Source: Methanothermus fervidus DSM 2088 (GTDB lineage Archaea; Methanobacteriota; Methanobacteria; DSM-2088; Methanothermaceae). From it: DNA of 32,000 bases. The DNA lies in contig CP002278.1 of assembly GCA_000166095.1 (NCBI GenBank), forward strand, positions 120,001 through 152,000. Direction: 5' to 3'. Positions 22,103 through 31,675 of the stretch are shown here, one piece after another. The first letter of the stretch is position 1; every line of letters begins with the position of its first letter. Under the pieces are notes generated by a model. It was not told the origin of the DNA, did not search any database, and was given only the letters and a program-made list of their open reading frames with translations. Position numbers and translations under genes: made by a program.

Positions 22103-22864
22103 ATGAAATGGAAAATCTTTATCATAATTTTATTATTTGCAATTTTATTATTTTTCTACAAAAGTTCCCACATCATTAGAGAGAAGAGTAGTGGGGCAAC
22201 ACATTACACGCAAATTTATGGAGAAACGAAAATAGATGTTTATAAATTTAAGAGTGATAAAGAAGGGCCAAAAGTTGCATTTATACTTGGAATTCATCCA
22301 TATGAATGGGAAGCCCATAAGGCATTTTATGATGCAATAAAAAAATATACATCGTCTCAAAAATTTAAAGGAGAAATAGATGTTTATTGGATTCATGTTC
22401 CTGATCAATATGCTAAAAATTGGAAAGCTGGAAGAGATTTTGGAAATAGAGCTGCAAACAAATATTTAGTGCCAATGATAAAAAAAGAAAGATATTCAGC
22501 TATTTTTGATATACATAGTGGATGGGAAGGATGGCCTTATTATGGAAGGCCAAAATGGTTTATACTTCATCCACCTACAAAAGAAGGGAAATCTTTAGCT
22601 ACAAATATTACAAAAAATATCAATTGGATAAAAATACTTGGAAATTGTTCAGAAAATAAAGAATGCGTAAGTTATTGGGTTGAAATGCCTATTGCAAAAA
22701 ATAAAATACCGATAGTTATACTAGAGTGGGGATATTGTGAACCAGAGAAATTATGGATAAAATATAAAAAAGTAAATTTAAATGCGACTACTCCTGGAGA
22801 GTATGAAGACAAAGTAACACATGCACTGATTTTTTTAAATAATTTGGATAAAATAATTGGATAA
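22103..22864 (+). CDS. Membrane-anchored/exported M14-like zinc carboxypeptidase/deacylase family protein
   Basis: N-terminal IFIIILLFAILLFFYKSS anchor, GIHPYEWEAHKAF (HxxE), FDIHSGWEGWPYYG, VPIVILEWGYCEPEK. Confidence 0.55.
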   Translation: MKWKIFIIILLFAILLFFYKSSHIIREKSSGATHYTQIYGETKIDVYKFKSDKEGPKVAFILGIHPYEWEAHKAFYDAIKKYTSSQKFKGEIDVYWIHVPDQYAKNWKAGRDFGNRAANKYLVPMIKKERYSAIFDIHSGWEGWPYYGRPKWFILHPPTKEGKSLATNITKNINWIKILGNCSENKECVSYWVEMPIAKNKIPIVILEWGYCEPEKLWIKYKKVNLNATTPGEYEDKVTHALIFLNNLDKIIG

Positions 22865-22948
22865 AACAATTAAATTTGGTTTTAAAAACTTTATATTGTT
22901 TAATTACCAAATATTTATTTGAATATGTTGTGATTGGAGATGTTAATA

Positions 22949-23194
22949 ATGGATGCTAAAAAAATTTTAGAAGATTTTAAACCTAAATTAGTTCTTGACA
23001 CTCCGTGTAACAAACCTTTCATCGTTTTTGGAGAATCTCTAGGTAAATCTTGGAGTATAAGAATTTTTGCTGACAGAGGAAAATTTATAGTTCAATGTAT
23101 TGATGGAGATGGAAATCTTTATGTAACTAAACTCACTGCAAAAGAAAGAGATGATTTTCTCTTAAACAAAGTCTTTAAAACTAAGGCACGTTAA
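22949..23194 (+). CDS. Small conserved-looking protein of unknown function
   Basis: MDAKKILEDFKPKLVLDTPCNKPFIVFGESLGKSWSIRIFADRGKFIVQCIDGDGNLYVTKL. TTGGAGAT RBS-like sequence upstream; the track start is at 22934. Confidence 0.6.
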   Translation: MDAKKILEDFKPKLVLDTPCNKPFIVFGESLGKSWSIRIFADRGKFIVQCIDGDGNLYVTKLTAKERDDFLLNKVFKTKAR

Positions 23195-23212
23195 ATATCT
23201 AAAAAACCAAAA

Positions 23213-23228
23213 ATTTATATATAAAGAA
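23213..23228 (+). promoter_or_regulatory. Candidate TATA box for the secE-spt5-ribosomal operon
   Basis: aaaaatttatatataaag located about 60 bp upstream of the secE ATG (23284). Confidence 0.5.
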
Positions 23229-23283
23229 ATTACTATACAGAAAAAATATCATAGCTATTTTTTTGATTCTTTTAGGTGATTTC

Positions 23284-23463
23284 ATGAATATCAAAGAAGT
23301 GGTTTTAAAATTTACCAAAGATGCAAAAAGAGTTTTATATGTCTCAAGAAAACCTAGAAAAGAGGAATATTTAAGTGTCGCCAAAGTAACAGGACTTGGA
23401 ATAATAATAATAGGAGTAATAGGTTTTATTATAAATATGATTGTTGCTCTCATGGGTGGTTAA
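23284..23463 (+). CDS. secE: Protein translocase subunit Sss1/SecE
   Basis: MNIKEVVLKFTKDAKRVLYVSRKPRKEEYLSVAKVTGLGIIIIGVIGFIINMIV. Next to spt5. Confidence 0.92.
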   Translation: MNIKEVVLKFTKDAKRVLYVSRKPRKEEYLSVAKVTGLGIIIIGVIGFIINMIVALMGG

Positions 23464-23481
23464 AATTTATATAGAGAGGCT

Positions 23482-23940
23482 GTGTCAATGAAATCAAAAA
23501 TATATGCTCTCAAGACTTCAGCAGGACAGGAAAAAAATGTTGCAAGAATGTTAACTAAAAAAGTAAAAAATAGTGATATAGATATTTCAGCCATTTTAGT
23601 GTCAGAATCATTAAAAGGATATATATTAGTTGAATCATCTTCAAAATTAGACATGAGAAACCCAATATTTCGAATGCCTCACCTAAGAGGCATTGTTGAA
23701 GGTTCTGTGAAGTTTAAAGAAATAGAAAAATTTTTAAAACCAGAACCTATAGTTACATCAATTAAGAGAGGTAGTATAGTGGAACTTATTGCTGGTCCTT
23801 TTAAAGGAGAAAGAGCAAAAGTTATCAGAGTTGATGAATCTAAGGAAGAAGTAGTTTTAGAACTTATAGAGGCCGCTGTGCCAATACCAGTAACTGTTAA
23901 GGCTGATCAAGTTAGAATAGTACAGAAGGAGGCAGACTGA
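23482..23940 (+). CDS. spt5: Transcription elongation factor Spt5/NusG
   Basis: [34 protein letters not shown] region [26 protein letters not shown]. Confidence 0.93.
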   Translation: MSMKSKIYALKTSAGQEKNVARMLTKKVKNSDIDISAILVSESLKGYILVESSSKLDMRNPIFRMPHLRGIVEGSVKFKEIEKFLKPEPIVTSIKRGSIVELIAGPFKGERAKVIRVDESKEEVVLELIEAAVPIPVTVKADQVRIVQKEAD

Positions 23941-24422
23941 TGCCTAAAGAAACAGTCGAAGTTTTAATAGAAGGTGGAAAAGCAACGCCAGGACCTCCTC
24001 TTGGACCTTCATTAGGCCCATATGGAGTTAATATAAAAGAAGTTGTCGATGAGATAAATAAGAAGACTGCTGACTTTAAAGGAATGAAAGTGCCTGTGAA
24101 AGTTATAATAGACACTGAAACAAGAGAATTTGAAATTAAGGTAGGTACACCACCAACAAGTGCACTTATAATGAATGAATTAAATATTGAAAAAGGATCT
24201 TCAGATCCAGGAGCAGAAAAGGTCGGTGACTTGTCAATTAAACAAGTTATAAAAATAGCAAAAATGAAATTTGATTCATTATTAGCTAAAGATTATAAAG
24301 CTGCTGCAAAAGAAATATTAGGAACATGTTTAAGCATGGGAGTAACGGTTGAAGGTAAAGATCCTAGAGAGGTCCAAAAAGAAATTGACGAAGGAAAATA
24401 TGATGAATTCTTTGAGGAGTAA
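23940..24422 (+). CDS. rpl11: 50S ribosomal protein L11
   Basis: [40 protein letters not shown] overlap with spt5. Confidence 0.96.
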   Translation: MPKETVEVLIEGGKATPGPPLGPSLGPYGVNIKEVVDEINKKTADFKGMKVPVKVIIDTETREFEIKVGTPPTSALIMNELNIEKGSSDPGAEKVGDLSIKQVIKIAKMKFDSLLAKDYKAAAKEILGTCLSMGVTVEGKDPREVQKEIDEGKYDEFFEE

Positions 24423-24443
24423 TATTACCAGTGGTGAATTAAG

Positions 24444-25085
24444 ATGGATAACGATAACATCGTAAATGCAATAAAAGAAGCAAAAAAGATAAGTAAAAAA
24501 AGAAATTTTAAAGAATCTATGGATTTAATTGTAAATCTTAAAGATGTGGACGTGAGTGATCCTGAGAAAAGATTTAACGAAGAAGTTGTTTTGCCAAAGG
24601 GTCGCGGAAAAAAAATTAAAATTGCCGTTATAGCAGATGGTGAATTAGCTATAAATGCTAAAAATGCTGGAGCAGATTTAGTAATAGATAAAGAAATGTT
24701 GGAAGAATTAGGAAAAAATCGTAGAAAGGCGAAAAAAATTGCAAAAAAATATGAATTCTTCCTTGCACAAGCAGATTTAATGCCAAGGGTAGGTAGATTC
24801 CTTGGACCAGTACTTGGACCACGAAATAAAATGCCAAAACCCGTGCCACCCAATGTAGATATAGAGCCGATAATAAAAAGATTAAGAAATACTGTGAGAA
24901 TCAGAGTGAAAGATCAGCCAGTAGTGCATACAGTTGTAGGAACTAGAGATATGGACAGTGAGGATTTAGCTGAGAATGTAAAAGCAGTGCTTAATGCAAT
25001 AAAACGTAATTTAGAAAAAGGAGAATCACAAATAGGGTCAGTGTATATTAAAACAACTATGGGACCAACAGTAAAGGTGATGTAG
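24444..25085 (+). CDS. rpl1: 50S ribosomal protein L1
   Basis: [64 protein letters not shown]. Confidence 0.96.
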   Translation: MDNDNIVNAIKEAKKISKKRNFKESMDLIVNLKDVDVSDPEKRFNEEVVLPKGRGKKIKIAVIADGELAINAKNAGADLVIDKEMLEELGKNRRKAKKIAKKYEFFLAQADLMPRVGRFLGPVLGPRNKMPKPVPPNVDIEPIIKRLRNTVRIRVKDQPVVHTVVGTRDMDSEDLAENVKAVLNAIKRNLEKGESQIGSVYIKTTMGPTVKVM

Positions 25086-26087
25086 ATGGCCCATGTAGCT
25101 GAATGGAAAATAAGAGAGGTTGAAGAACTTAAAAATTTAATTGATCAATATCCTGTAATTGGTATTGCTAATTTAGTAGGTATTCCAGCCAAACAACTAC
25201 AACAGATAAGAAATAAACTAAGAGGCGAAGCTGTAATCAGAGTATCTAAAAAGACATTGATAAAAATTGCATTAGAAAAAAGTAATAAAGATGGTGTTAA
25301 AGATTTAAGTAAATATATGGAAGGTCAGGTAGCACTCATACTTACAAAGATGAATCCATTTAAATTATATAAATTACTTGATGAAAGCAAAACTCCTGCA
25401 CCAGCTAAACCTGGAGCGATAGCACCTAATGATATAGTAGTGCCTAAGTGTAATACCGGACTTGATCCAGGTCCAATATTAGGAGAATTACAACAAGCAG
25501 GAATTCCTGCTAAAATTGAAGGTGGTAAAATAGTTATAACAGATGAGACGGTAGTTGTAAAAGCTGGAGAAGAAATACCACCTAAAATCGCGGAAATATT
25601 AAACAGGTTAGATATTCAACCATTAGAAATTGGAGTAGATTTAATAGCTGTTTATGAAGATGGAGATATTTACACAGCAGATATCTTAAGTATTGATGAA
25701 GAGAAAACAATTTCCGATATACAAAAAGCATATAGGCATGCATTTAACTTATCAGTAAATGCTCCAATATATGTAAAGGAAACAATGCCTTACATATTAC
25801 AGAATGCAGCTGCTAAAGCATTTAACTTATCAGTAAATGCTGGCATAATAACTTCCAAGACAATACCTTTATTACTTTCAAAAGCATATAATCAGATGGT
25901 ATCATTGGCATCAACAATAAGTAAAATAAAAGCCGAAGCTTTAGATGAGGATTTAAGTAAAAGAATAAAACGTAAAGGTAAAGTCACTAAAAAGAAAACC
26001 AAAAAGAAAGAAAAAGAAGAAAAAGAGGAGGAGGAAGAAGAGAAAGAAGAAGAAGCAGCTGCAGGATTAGGAGCATTATTTGGATAA
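25086..26087 (+). CDS. rplP0: 50S ribosomal protein L10 / acidic P0
   Basis: [45 protein letters not shown]-terminal [14 protein letters not shown] stalk tail. Confidence 0.95.
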   Translation: MAHVAEWKIREVEELKNLIDQYPVIGIANLVGIPAKQLQQIRNKLRGEAVIRVSKKTLIKIALEKSNKDGVKDLSKYMEGQVALILTKMNPFKLYKLLDESKTPAPAKPGAIAPNDIVVPKCNTGLDPGPILGELQQAGIPAKIEGGKIVITDETVVVKAGEEIPPKIAEILNRLDIQPLEIGVDLIAVYEDGDIYTADILSIDEEKTISDIQKAYRHAFNLSVNAPIYVKETMPYILQNAAAKAFNLSVNAGIITSKTIPLLLSKAYNQMVSLASTISKIKAEALDEDLSKRIKRKGKVTKKKTKKKEKEEKEEEEEEKEEEAAAGLGALFG

Positions 26088-26108
26088 AACAAAGAGGGGT
26101 GATGTCTC

Positions 26109-26432
26109 ATGGAATATATATATGCAGCTATGTTGTTACACAGCATTGGAAAAGAAATTAACGAAGAAAATGTAAAGAAAGTATTAGAAGCAGCAGGCGC
26201 TGAAGTAGATGAAGCTAGAGTAAAAGCATTGGTGGCTGCATTAGAAGAAGTTGACATTGATGAAGCCATTGAAAAAGCAGCAGTGGCTCCTGCACCAGCA
26301 GGAGAAGTAAAAGAAGAGAAAGAAGAAGAGGAAGAGGAGAAGGAAGAAAAAGAGGAGGAGGAAGAAGAGGAAGAAGAGGAAGAAGAGAAAGAAGAAGAAG
26401 CAGCTGCAGGATTAGGAGCATTATTTGGATAA
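26109..26432 (+). CDS. rpl12: 50S ribosomal protein L12 (P1)
   Basis: [54 protein letters not shown]. Acidic hinge and GLGALFG end. Confidence 0.96.
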   Translation: MEYIYAAMLLHSIGKEINEENVKKVLEAAGAEVDEARVKALVAALEEVDIDEAIEKAAVAPAPAGEVKEEKEEEEEEKEEKEEEEEEEEEEEEKEEEAAAGLGALFG

Positions 26433-26438
26433 AAACTC

Positions 26439-26460
26439 CTCCTTATTTTTCTTATTTTTT
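26439..26460 (+). terminator. T-rich tract after rpl12, possible intrinsic archaeal U-rich terminator/attenuation point
   Basis: tcctccttatttttcttatttttt between rpl12 and alaS. Confidence 0.3.
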
Positions 26461-26472
26461 AACGTGATTTTT

Positions 26473-29151
26473 ATGGAATTAGAAAAACTAGGTTATAAAA
26501 GGTTTAAATGCAAAAGTTGTGGCAATTACTTTTGGTCATTAGAATATCGTGAAACATGTGGTGACGCTCCTTGTGATGAATATAGGTTTATAGATAACCC
26601 TCCAACAAAAAAAAATTATGATTTATATGAATTAGAGAAATTATTTTTAAAATTTTTCGAAAAAAAAGGACATAAAATTATACCTCGTTATCCAGTAGTA
26701 GCTAAACGGTGGAGAGATGACGTTTTTCTTGTTGGGGCTTCTATTTATAACTTTCAGCCATGGGTAACGTCAGGAATTGTAGACCCACCAGCAAATCCAT
26801 TAGTTGTTTCACAACCATCTATACGTTTAAATGATATAGATAATGTAGGTAGAACTGGAAGGCATTTCACATGTTTTACTATGGGAGGTCATCATGCATT
26901 TAATAAAGAAGATAAGATTATATATTGGAAAAATGAAACAATAAAATATTGTTATGAGTTTTTACAGACTCTTGGTATTTCTCCTAAGAAGATAACCTTT
27001 ATTGAATCATGGTGGGAAGGAGGAGGAAATGCTGGCCCTTGTTATGAGGTATGTGTAGATGGTGTAGAATTAGCAACTCTAGTTTTTATTCAGTTTAAAA
27101 CAAATGGTAAATTGGAAGATATTCCTTTAAAGATAGTAGACACAGGTTATGGATTAGAAAGATTTGCATGGGTATCTCAAGGAACTCCAACTGCCTATGA
27201 TGCGGTTTTTCCACAATTTATAGATAAATTAAAAGATATAACTGGTGTAAGCGTTGATAAAAGATTATTAAAAGAAAATGCAAGAATAGCAGGATTAATG
27301 GACATAGAAACGGAATCAGATTTAATGAAATTAAGAAAAAAGGTTGCTAATAAACTTAATATCTCCGTTGACAAGTTAAATAATATAATTGGTCCAATGG
27401 AAAATATATATGCCATTGCTGATCATACCCGTTGCCTAACTTTTATGTTGAGTGATGGTGTTATTCCTTCCAATATGGGAGAAGGTTACCTAGCTCGTTT
27501 GGTTTTAAGGCGAATTATAAGGCTGATGGATGAACTAAACTTAAATATGCCTCTTAAAAAAATCATGGAAATACAAATAGACATTTTATCTAAACATTAT
27601 CCTGAAATAGAAAAACATTATGACCATATTCTCAATGTAGTTGAATTAGAGGAAAAAAGATATTCAAAAACTATCTCAAAAGGAAAAAAGACTGTCAAAA
27701 GAATTATAAATGATTTAAAACGGAAAAATAAAAATAAAATTCCTTTAAAAACTTTAATTAAACTTTATGATTCAAAGGGCGTACCACCAGAACTTGTTAG
27801 AGAAATTTGCAAAAAAGAAGGAATATCTGTAGAGTTGCCTGATAATTTCTATACACTTGTTGCTGAGCAACATGAAGGTAAAAAAACCAAAGAGAAAGGT
27901 GAAAAGATAGATTTAGACCTTCCTGAAACAAAACTTCTTTTTTATGAAAAACCTAAAGAAAAAAGATTTAATGCAAAGATCATTGGCAGTTATAAAAATT
28001 CTGTTATATTGGATAAAACTTTATTTTATCCTGAAGGAGGAGGACAGCCAAGTGATAGAGGCTATTTAGTGGTCAATGGAAAGAAATTTTATGTAAAGAA
28101 CGTTACAAAAGTTAATAATATTATTTTACATGAATTAGACACAGATAATGTTGAAAATTTAGTTGGAAAAAATGTAGAAGGAATTATTGATTGGGAAAGA
28201 CGTGTAAAATTAACAAGAAACCATACAGCGACACATATATTGTTAGCTTCTGCTAGAAAAATATTAGGCGACCATGTATGGCAGGCTGGAGCTAAAAAAG
28301 GTATAAAAGCTTCTCGTCTTGACATATCCCATTATAAACGCCTAAGTAGGGATGAAATAAAAAAAATTGAAAAATTAGCTAACGAATATGTAAGGAAAAA
28401 TATAAAAGTAAATGTTAAATGGATGGATAGACAGGCTGCAGAAAAGAAATATGGTTTTATATTATATCAGGGTGGGGTTATTCCTGGATCAAAAATAAGA
28501 GTTGTTGAAATTCCAGGAGTTGATGTACAAGCATGTGCAGGCACTCATGTAGAATATACTGGTGACATAGGTTTTATAAAAATTAATAGGACAGAAAGGA
28601 TCCAAGACGGTGTTGAAAGATTAGAATTTTCTGTTGGAGATTCTGCCGTAGATTTTGTACAACATTATGAAGATTTATTATTAAAAAGTGCACAAATCTT
28701 CAGAGTTGAACCACAGATTCTACCTAAAACTTGTAAAAGATTTTTTGAGGAATGGAAACAATTTAAAAATGAAATAGAAAGACTAAAAGAAGAAATCGCA
28801 AAATTAAAAATTAAAACTATAAAATCAAAAATTAAAAAGATCAATGATTTAAAAGTTGTTTGTGAAGAATTAGATGCAAGTATGAAAGAATTAGAAACAA
28901 TTGCATCAGAGTTTATAAAAGATGGAACAGATTTTGTATTATTAGGAAATAAAAACAAAAATCTAGTGATTATGGTATCCAAAAAATCTATAGAAAAAGG
29001 CATTAAAGCCAATGAATTCATGAAAAAGATAACTGAAAAATTTGGAGGAGGCGGAGGCGGAAGAGAAAACATAGCAAGAGGTGCTATAAAAGAAAACATT
29101 AGAAATATACTGGAATTTGTTTATAAAATTATTGAAAAAGAATCAAAATGA
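26473..29151 (+). CDS. alaS: Alanine--tRNA ligase
   Basis: GYKRFKCKSCGNYFWS (archaeal AlaRS N-terminus), RNHTATHILLASARKILG, ACAGTHVEYTGDIG, C-terminal GGGGGRENIARG. The track start at 26425 is probably upstream of the real ATG. Confidence 0.96.
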   Translation: MELEKLGYKRFKCKSCGNYFWSLEYRETCGDAPCDEYRFIDNPPTKKNYDLYELEKLFLKFFEKKGHKIIPRYPVVAKRWRDDVFLVGASIYNFQPWVTSGIVDPPANPLVVSQPSIRLNDIDNVGRTGRHFTCFTMGGHHAFNKEDKIIYWKNETIKYCYEFLQTLGISPKKITFIESWWEGGGNAGPCYEVCVDGVELATLVFIQFKTNGKLEDIPLKIVDTGYGLERFAWVSQGTPTAYDAVFPQFIDKLKDITGVSVDKRLLKENARIAGLMDIETESDLMKLRKKVANKLNISVDKLNNIIGPMENIYAIADHTRCLTFMLSDGVIPSNMGEGYLARLVLRRIIRLMDELNLNMPLKKIMEIQIDILSKHYPEIEKHYDHILNVVELEEKRYSKTISKGKKTVKRIINDLKRKNKNKIPLKTLIKLYDSKGVPPELVREICKKEGISVELPDNFYTLVAEQHEGKKTKEKGEKIDLDLPETKLLFYEKPKEKRFNAKIIGSYKNSVILDKTLFYPEGGGQPSDRGYLVVNGKKFYVKNVTKVNNIILHELDTDNVENLVGKNVEGIIDWERRVKLTRNHTATHILLASARKILGDHVWQAGAKKGIKASRLDISHYKRLSRDEIKKIEKLANEYVRKNIKVNVKWMDRQAAEKKYGFILYQGGVIPGSKIRVVEIPGVDVQACAGTHVEYTGDIGFIKINRTERIQDGVERLEFSVGDSAVDFVQHYEDLLLKSAQIFRVEPQILPKTCKRFFEEWKQFKNEIERLKEEIAKLKIKTIKSKIKKINDLKVVCEELDASMKELETIASEFIKDGTDFVLLGNKNKNLVIMVSKKSIEKGIKANEFMKKITEKFGGGGGGRENIARGAIKENIRNILEFVYKIIEKESK

Positions 29152-30374
29152 ATAGTGATAAGTTGAAAAGCATATCGGAAATTAATGAAAAAATTGAAAA
29201 AGGAGATGTTCAGGTATTTACAGCTTCTGAAATTAAAAAGATGTCAAAAGTTTCAGTGGAAGATGTAGATGTAGTAACAACTGGTACTTGTGGAATAATG
29301 TCAGGAACTTCTGCAATTTTTCATTTTAAAATTTCCGAGCCAGGTGCTTTTAGAAAAGTAAAAGAAATTTATTTAAATGGTGTTCCAGGGTTTCCAGGCC
29401 CTTGTCCTAATGAGAATCTTGGTTCTGTTGACTTAATTGTTTATGGGACATCTAAAAGCATTTATGATCATAATTATGGTGGAGGATTTTTATTCAAAGA
29501 TATTATCGAAGGAAAAAATATACAGATTGAAGCAAAAACGGTTGAAGGTAGAAAGATAGAAACAGAAATAAACATCGAAGATATGGAAACATCAAAGATG
29601 TTAGGTACAAGAATGGCATTTCAAAACTATTCTGCATTTTTAAATTCTAAAAAAGGAATTAAAAAAACAATATTTAGTGTTACTGGATTGAGAGGTCCTT
29701 TCAAAGAATTATCATTTTCAGGATGTGGTGAATTAAATCCATTGCAAAATGATCCTGAAATGTATGTAATAAATGTTGGCTCTAAGGCACTTTTAAATGG
29801 ATCAGAAGCCATAATATTAGGGTTGGGGACACGAAGTTCTAAGAAACCAAACTTGATGATAATGGCAGAAATGAAAGACATGGAAAGCTACTATATAGGT
29901 GGATTTAAAACCGGCAGTGGTCCAGAGATTTTTAATACTATTGCAATTCCAATTCCCATACTTAACAAAAAAATTCTAAACAACGTATTAATAAAAAATT
30001 CAAAAATACCATTACCAATATTAGATGTCAATGATAGGAGAGAAATAGGAAAAATAACTTACGCTGATGTTTGGAATGGTGTGGATAAAAGACCTAAATA
30101 TAAAAAAGATAAATGTTTAAAGTGTAAAGAATGTAAAATTGAAAAAATCTGTCCTACAGATGCCTTTAAACCTAAAGAAGGTATAGACTTTAAAAAATGT
30201 TTTGGCTGTTCAGTATGTGCACATCATTGTAAGGCCATTGAGATGAAAACTGGTGTTGTTGAATTTAATTCAGCTAAAATACCAGTTACATGTAGACAAT
30301 CTGACATAAAGAGAGCAGAAAAATTGTCTTTAGAACTAAAAAAGAGGATAGAAAATGGAGAATTTTACTTATGA
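29148..30374 (+). CDS. DUF39 family protein with C-terminal 2x[4Fe-4S] ferredoxin domain (homocysteine-biosynthesis / methanogenesis marker 16-like)
   Basis: VVTTGTCGIMSGTSAIFHFKISEPG, LNGVPGFPGPCPNENLGSVD. C-terminal CLKCKECKIEKICPTDAF...CFGCSVCAHHCKAI. Confidence 0.8.
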   Translation: MNSDKLKSISEINEKIEKGDVQVFTASEIKKMSKVSVEDVDVVTTGTCGIMSGTSAIFHFKISEPGAFRKVKEIYLNGVPGFPGPCPNENLGSVDLIVYGTSKSIYDHNYGGGFLFKDIIEGKNIQIEAKTVEGRKIETEINIEDMETSKMLGTRMAFQNYSAFLNSKKGIKKTIFSVTGLRGPFKELSFSGCGELNPLQNDPEMYVINVGSKALLNGSEAIILGLGTRSSKKPNLMIMAEMKDMESYYIGGFKTGSGPEIFNTIAIPIPILNKKILNNVLIKNSKIPLPILDVNDRREIGKITYADVWNGVDKRPKYKKDKCLKCKECKIEKICPTDAFKPKEGIDFKKCFGCSVCAHHCKAIEMKTGVVEFNSAKIPVTCRQSDIKRAEKLSLELKKRIENGEFYL

Positions 30375-31476
30375 TCTTATAATTGCAAGATATGGTGAAA
30401 TTGGTATAAAAAGTCCAAAAGTGCGAAAAAAATTTGAAAATAAATTGGTTCAAAATATCAAATCTTCTTTAAATGCAGATATCTATATTGAAGACGGTAG
30501 AATATTTATTTATCCAAAAAATTTTAAAAAGGCTTTAAAATCTTTAAAAAGAATATTTGGAATCGTATCGTTTTCTCCAGCCATCAAAACATCTGCAGAA
30601 TTCAATGAAATAAAAAATAAATTAGTAGATTATGTACGGAGATTAGGGATAAATAAAAAAATGTCATTTGCAATAAGACCACGTAGGGTAGGTAATCATG
30701 AATTTACTAGTCAGGATCTAGCAGAATTTGCTGGAGATGTAGTAGTTAAAGAAACTGGTGCAAAGGTAGATTTAGACAATCCTGACATTGAAATTTTCAT
30801 TGAAGTGAGACATGAGAACTCATATATATATCATGAAATTGTGGAAGGACCAGGTGGCTTGCCTGTTGGAACCCAAGGTAAAGTAATAGGGTTGTTATCA
30901 GGAGGTATTGATTCTCCTGTGGCTTTATATCTTATGATGAAAAGAGGATGTTCTGTAACTGCATTACATTTTGATATACGACCTTTTACAATAGATGGAA
31001 ATATAAAAAAAGTTAAAAAAATTTCAGAAGTTTTAGAATCATACTCTAGTGGAGAATTCGAATTATTAATTCTAAAATATGGCGATGTCCTTAAAAAAAT
31101 TAAAAAAATTGCAGGAAAATCAACATGTATTGTATGTAGACATTTAATGTATAAAATTGCAGAAAAAATTGCAAAGAAGAAAAATGCACATGCAATTGTA
31201 GATGGAAGTAGTTTAGGCCAGGTTGCATCACAAACATTGCCAAACATACTTACAACACATTATGGAATTGAAATTCCAATTTTAAGTCCACTTATTGGTA
31301 TGGATAAAACTGAAATACGAAAGATAGCTGAAAAAATAGGGACATATGAAATATCTTGTGAAAGTCCCGACATATGTAAAGCAGTCCCTAAACATCCTGT
31401 AACTTACTCTACACCAAAAAAACTAACATCAATATTAGATAGAATGGATGTTGATGAAATCCTTAAAAAATATTAG
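30355..31476 (+). CDS. thiI: tRNA 4-thiouridine synthetase ThiI (THUMP + PP-loop)
   Basis: ARYGEIGIKSPKVRKKFE, VIGLLSGGIDSPVALYLMMKRGC, CVVCRHLMYKIAEKIA-like CIVCRHLMY, GSSLGQVASQTLPN. Confidence 0.93.
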   Translation: MENFTYDLIIARYGEIGIKSPKVRKKFENKLVQNIKSSLNADIYIEDGRIFIYPKNFKKALKSLKRIFGIVSFSPAIKTSAEFNEIKNKLVDYVRRLGINKKMSFAIRPRRVGNHEFTSQDLAEFAGDVVVKETGAKVDLDNPDIEIFIEVRHENSYIYHEIVEGPGGLPVGTQGKVIGLLSGGIDSPVALYLMMKRGCSVTALHFDIRPFTIDGNIKKVKKISEVLESYSSGEFELLILKYGDVLKKIKKIAGKSTCIVCRHLMYKIAEKIAKKKNAHAIVDGSSLGQVASQTLPNILTTHYGIEIPILSPLIGMDKTEIRKIAEKIGTYEISCESPDICKAVPKHPVTYSTPKKLTSILDRMDVDEILKKY

Positions 31477-31486
31477 CGGTGATAAA

Positions 31487-31675
31487 ATGAAAGGAGCTAT
31501 TGGTTTAGTGTTTTATTCACATGTTATACCATTTATATTAGGATTAATAGGTATATTATTAATGTGTACAGGAGTTATGGATGATAAGCCGATGTACACT
31601 TCTTTAGGATTAATTATATTTTTTGTGGGTGGATTACTGCCATTTATAATTTTACCAATAATTCTAGGTCTCTAA
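31487..31675 (+). CDS. Small two-helix membrane protein, unknown function
   Basis: MKGAIGLVFYSHVIPFILGLIGILLMCTGVMDDKPMYTSLGLIIFFVGGLLPFIILPIILGL. The track start at 31448 overlaps thiI. Confidence 0.6.
   Translation: MKGAIGLVFYSHVIPFILGLIGILLMCTGVMDDKPMYTSLGLIIFFVGGLLPFIILPIILGL

Noticed and set aside
23940-25085. L1 autoregulatory mRNA binding site in the rpl11-rpl1 region
   Set aside because: Such sites are known in methanogens, but I could not identify a convincing motif by eye near 24412-24500, so it is not called.
26215-26421. Minus-strand leucine-rich ORF ([23 protein letters not shown]...)
   Set aside because: It is the reverse complement of the GAR-repeat encoding the rpl12 acidic tract. 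It is a composition artefact, not a membrane peptide.
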